A stretch of 64,000 nucleotides of DNA from Octopus bimaculoides (lineage: Eukaryota). The stretch spans positions 32,368,152 to 32,432,151 of the forward strand of contig NC_068990.1 of NCBI RefSeq assembly GCF_001194135.2. Reading direction: 5' to 3'. The notes under the pieces are model-generated. The model was not told the DNA's origin. It saw only the letters and a list, made by a program, of their open reading frames with translations, and searched no databases. Every line of letters starts with the position of its first letter. Within the stretch, counting starts at the first letter, position 1. Positions 63,710 to 64,000 of this stretch are shown in pieces. The position numbers were made by a program, and so were the translations under genes.

Positions 63710-64000
63710 TGCTTTTCTTTCTCCCTCTCTCTCTCTCTCTCTCTCCCTCTCTCTCTCTCTCTTTTTCTTTCTTTCCTTCTTTCTTTCTTTCCTCATATCT
63801 CACATTCTTTCTATAATATGCCAATGCCAACCCTCTCCAGTCATCACCATCTTCTTCTTCTTCTTCTTGCTCTTGTTCTTGTTCTTCTTTTTCTTTTTCT
63901 TTTTCTTGTTGTTGTTGTTGTTGTTGTTCTTCTTCTTCTTCTTCTTCTTCTTCTTCTTCTTCTTCTTCTTCTTCTTCTTCTTTCTTGTCGTTGTCATTGT
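63710..64000. repeat. Compound (CT)n/(TTC)n/(TTG)n microsatellite
   Basis: Directly visible. Confidence 0.95.

Overview
AT-rich, repeat-dense eukaryotic DNA with five N-gaps. The SINE families and (TA)/(CA)/(GAT)/(TAA) microsatellites look like octopus (cephalopod) sequence; this is an inference from recall, not a search. The only host gene I can support is the 3' end of RIC1 (RAB6A-GEF complex partner): five + strand exons at 85-206, 2287-2490, 4323-4500, 9984-10172 and 12623-12866 with consistent GT-AG phases, ending in DCLLS*. The remaining ~50 kb is mostly transposon debris: four tRNA-derived or RTE-tailed SINE families, RTE, R4/Dong and CR1/L2-type LINE fragments, a Ty3/Gypsy integrase with 3' LTR, Penelope-like pieces and MITE-like elements. 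The most notable signals are (1) several Penelope-type minimal hammerhead ribozyme motifs: one in a RIC1 intron in sense orientation, an inverted pair in a ~1.5-kb foldback, and a degenerate one behind a GIY-YIG tail; (2) a palindromic pair of tRNA-like heads whose arm mismatches are all CpG transitions; and (3) a CaaX-like C-terminus on RIC1. Repeat boundaries are approximate, and no database searches or folding programs were run.
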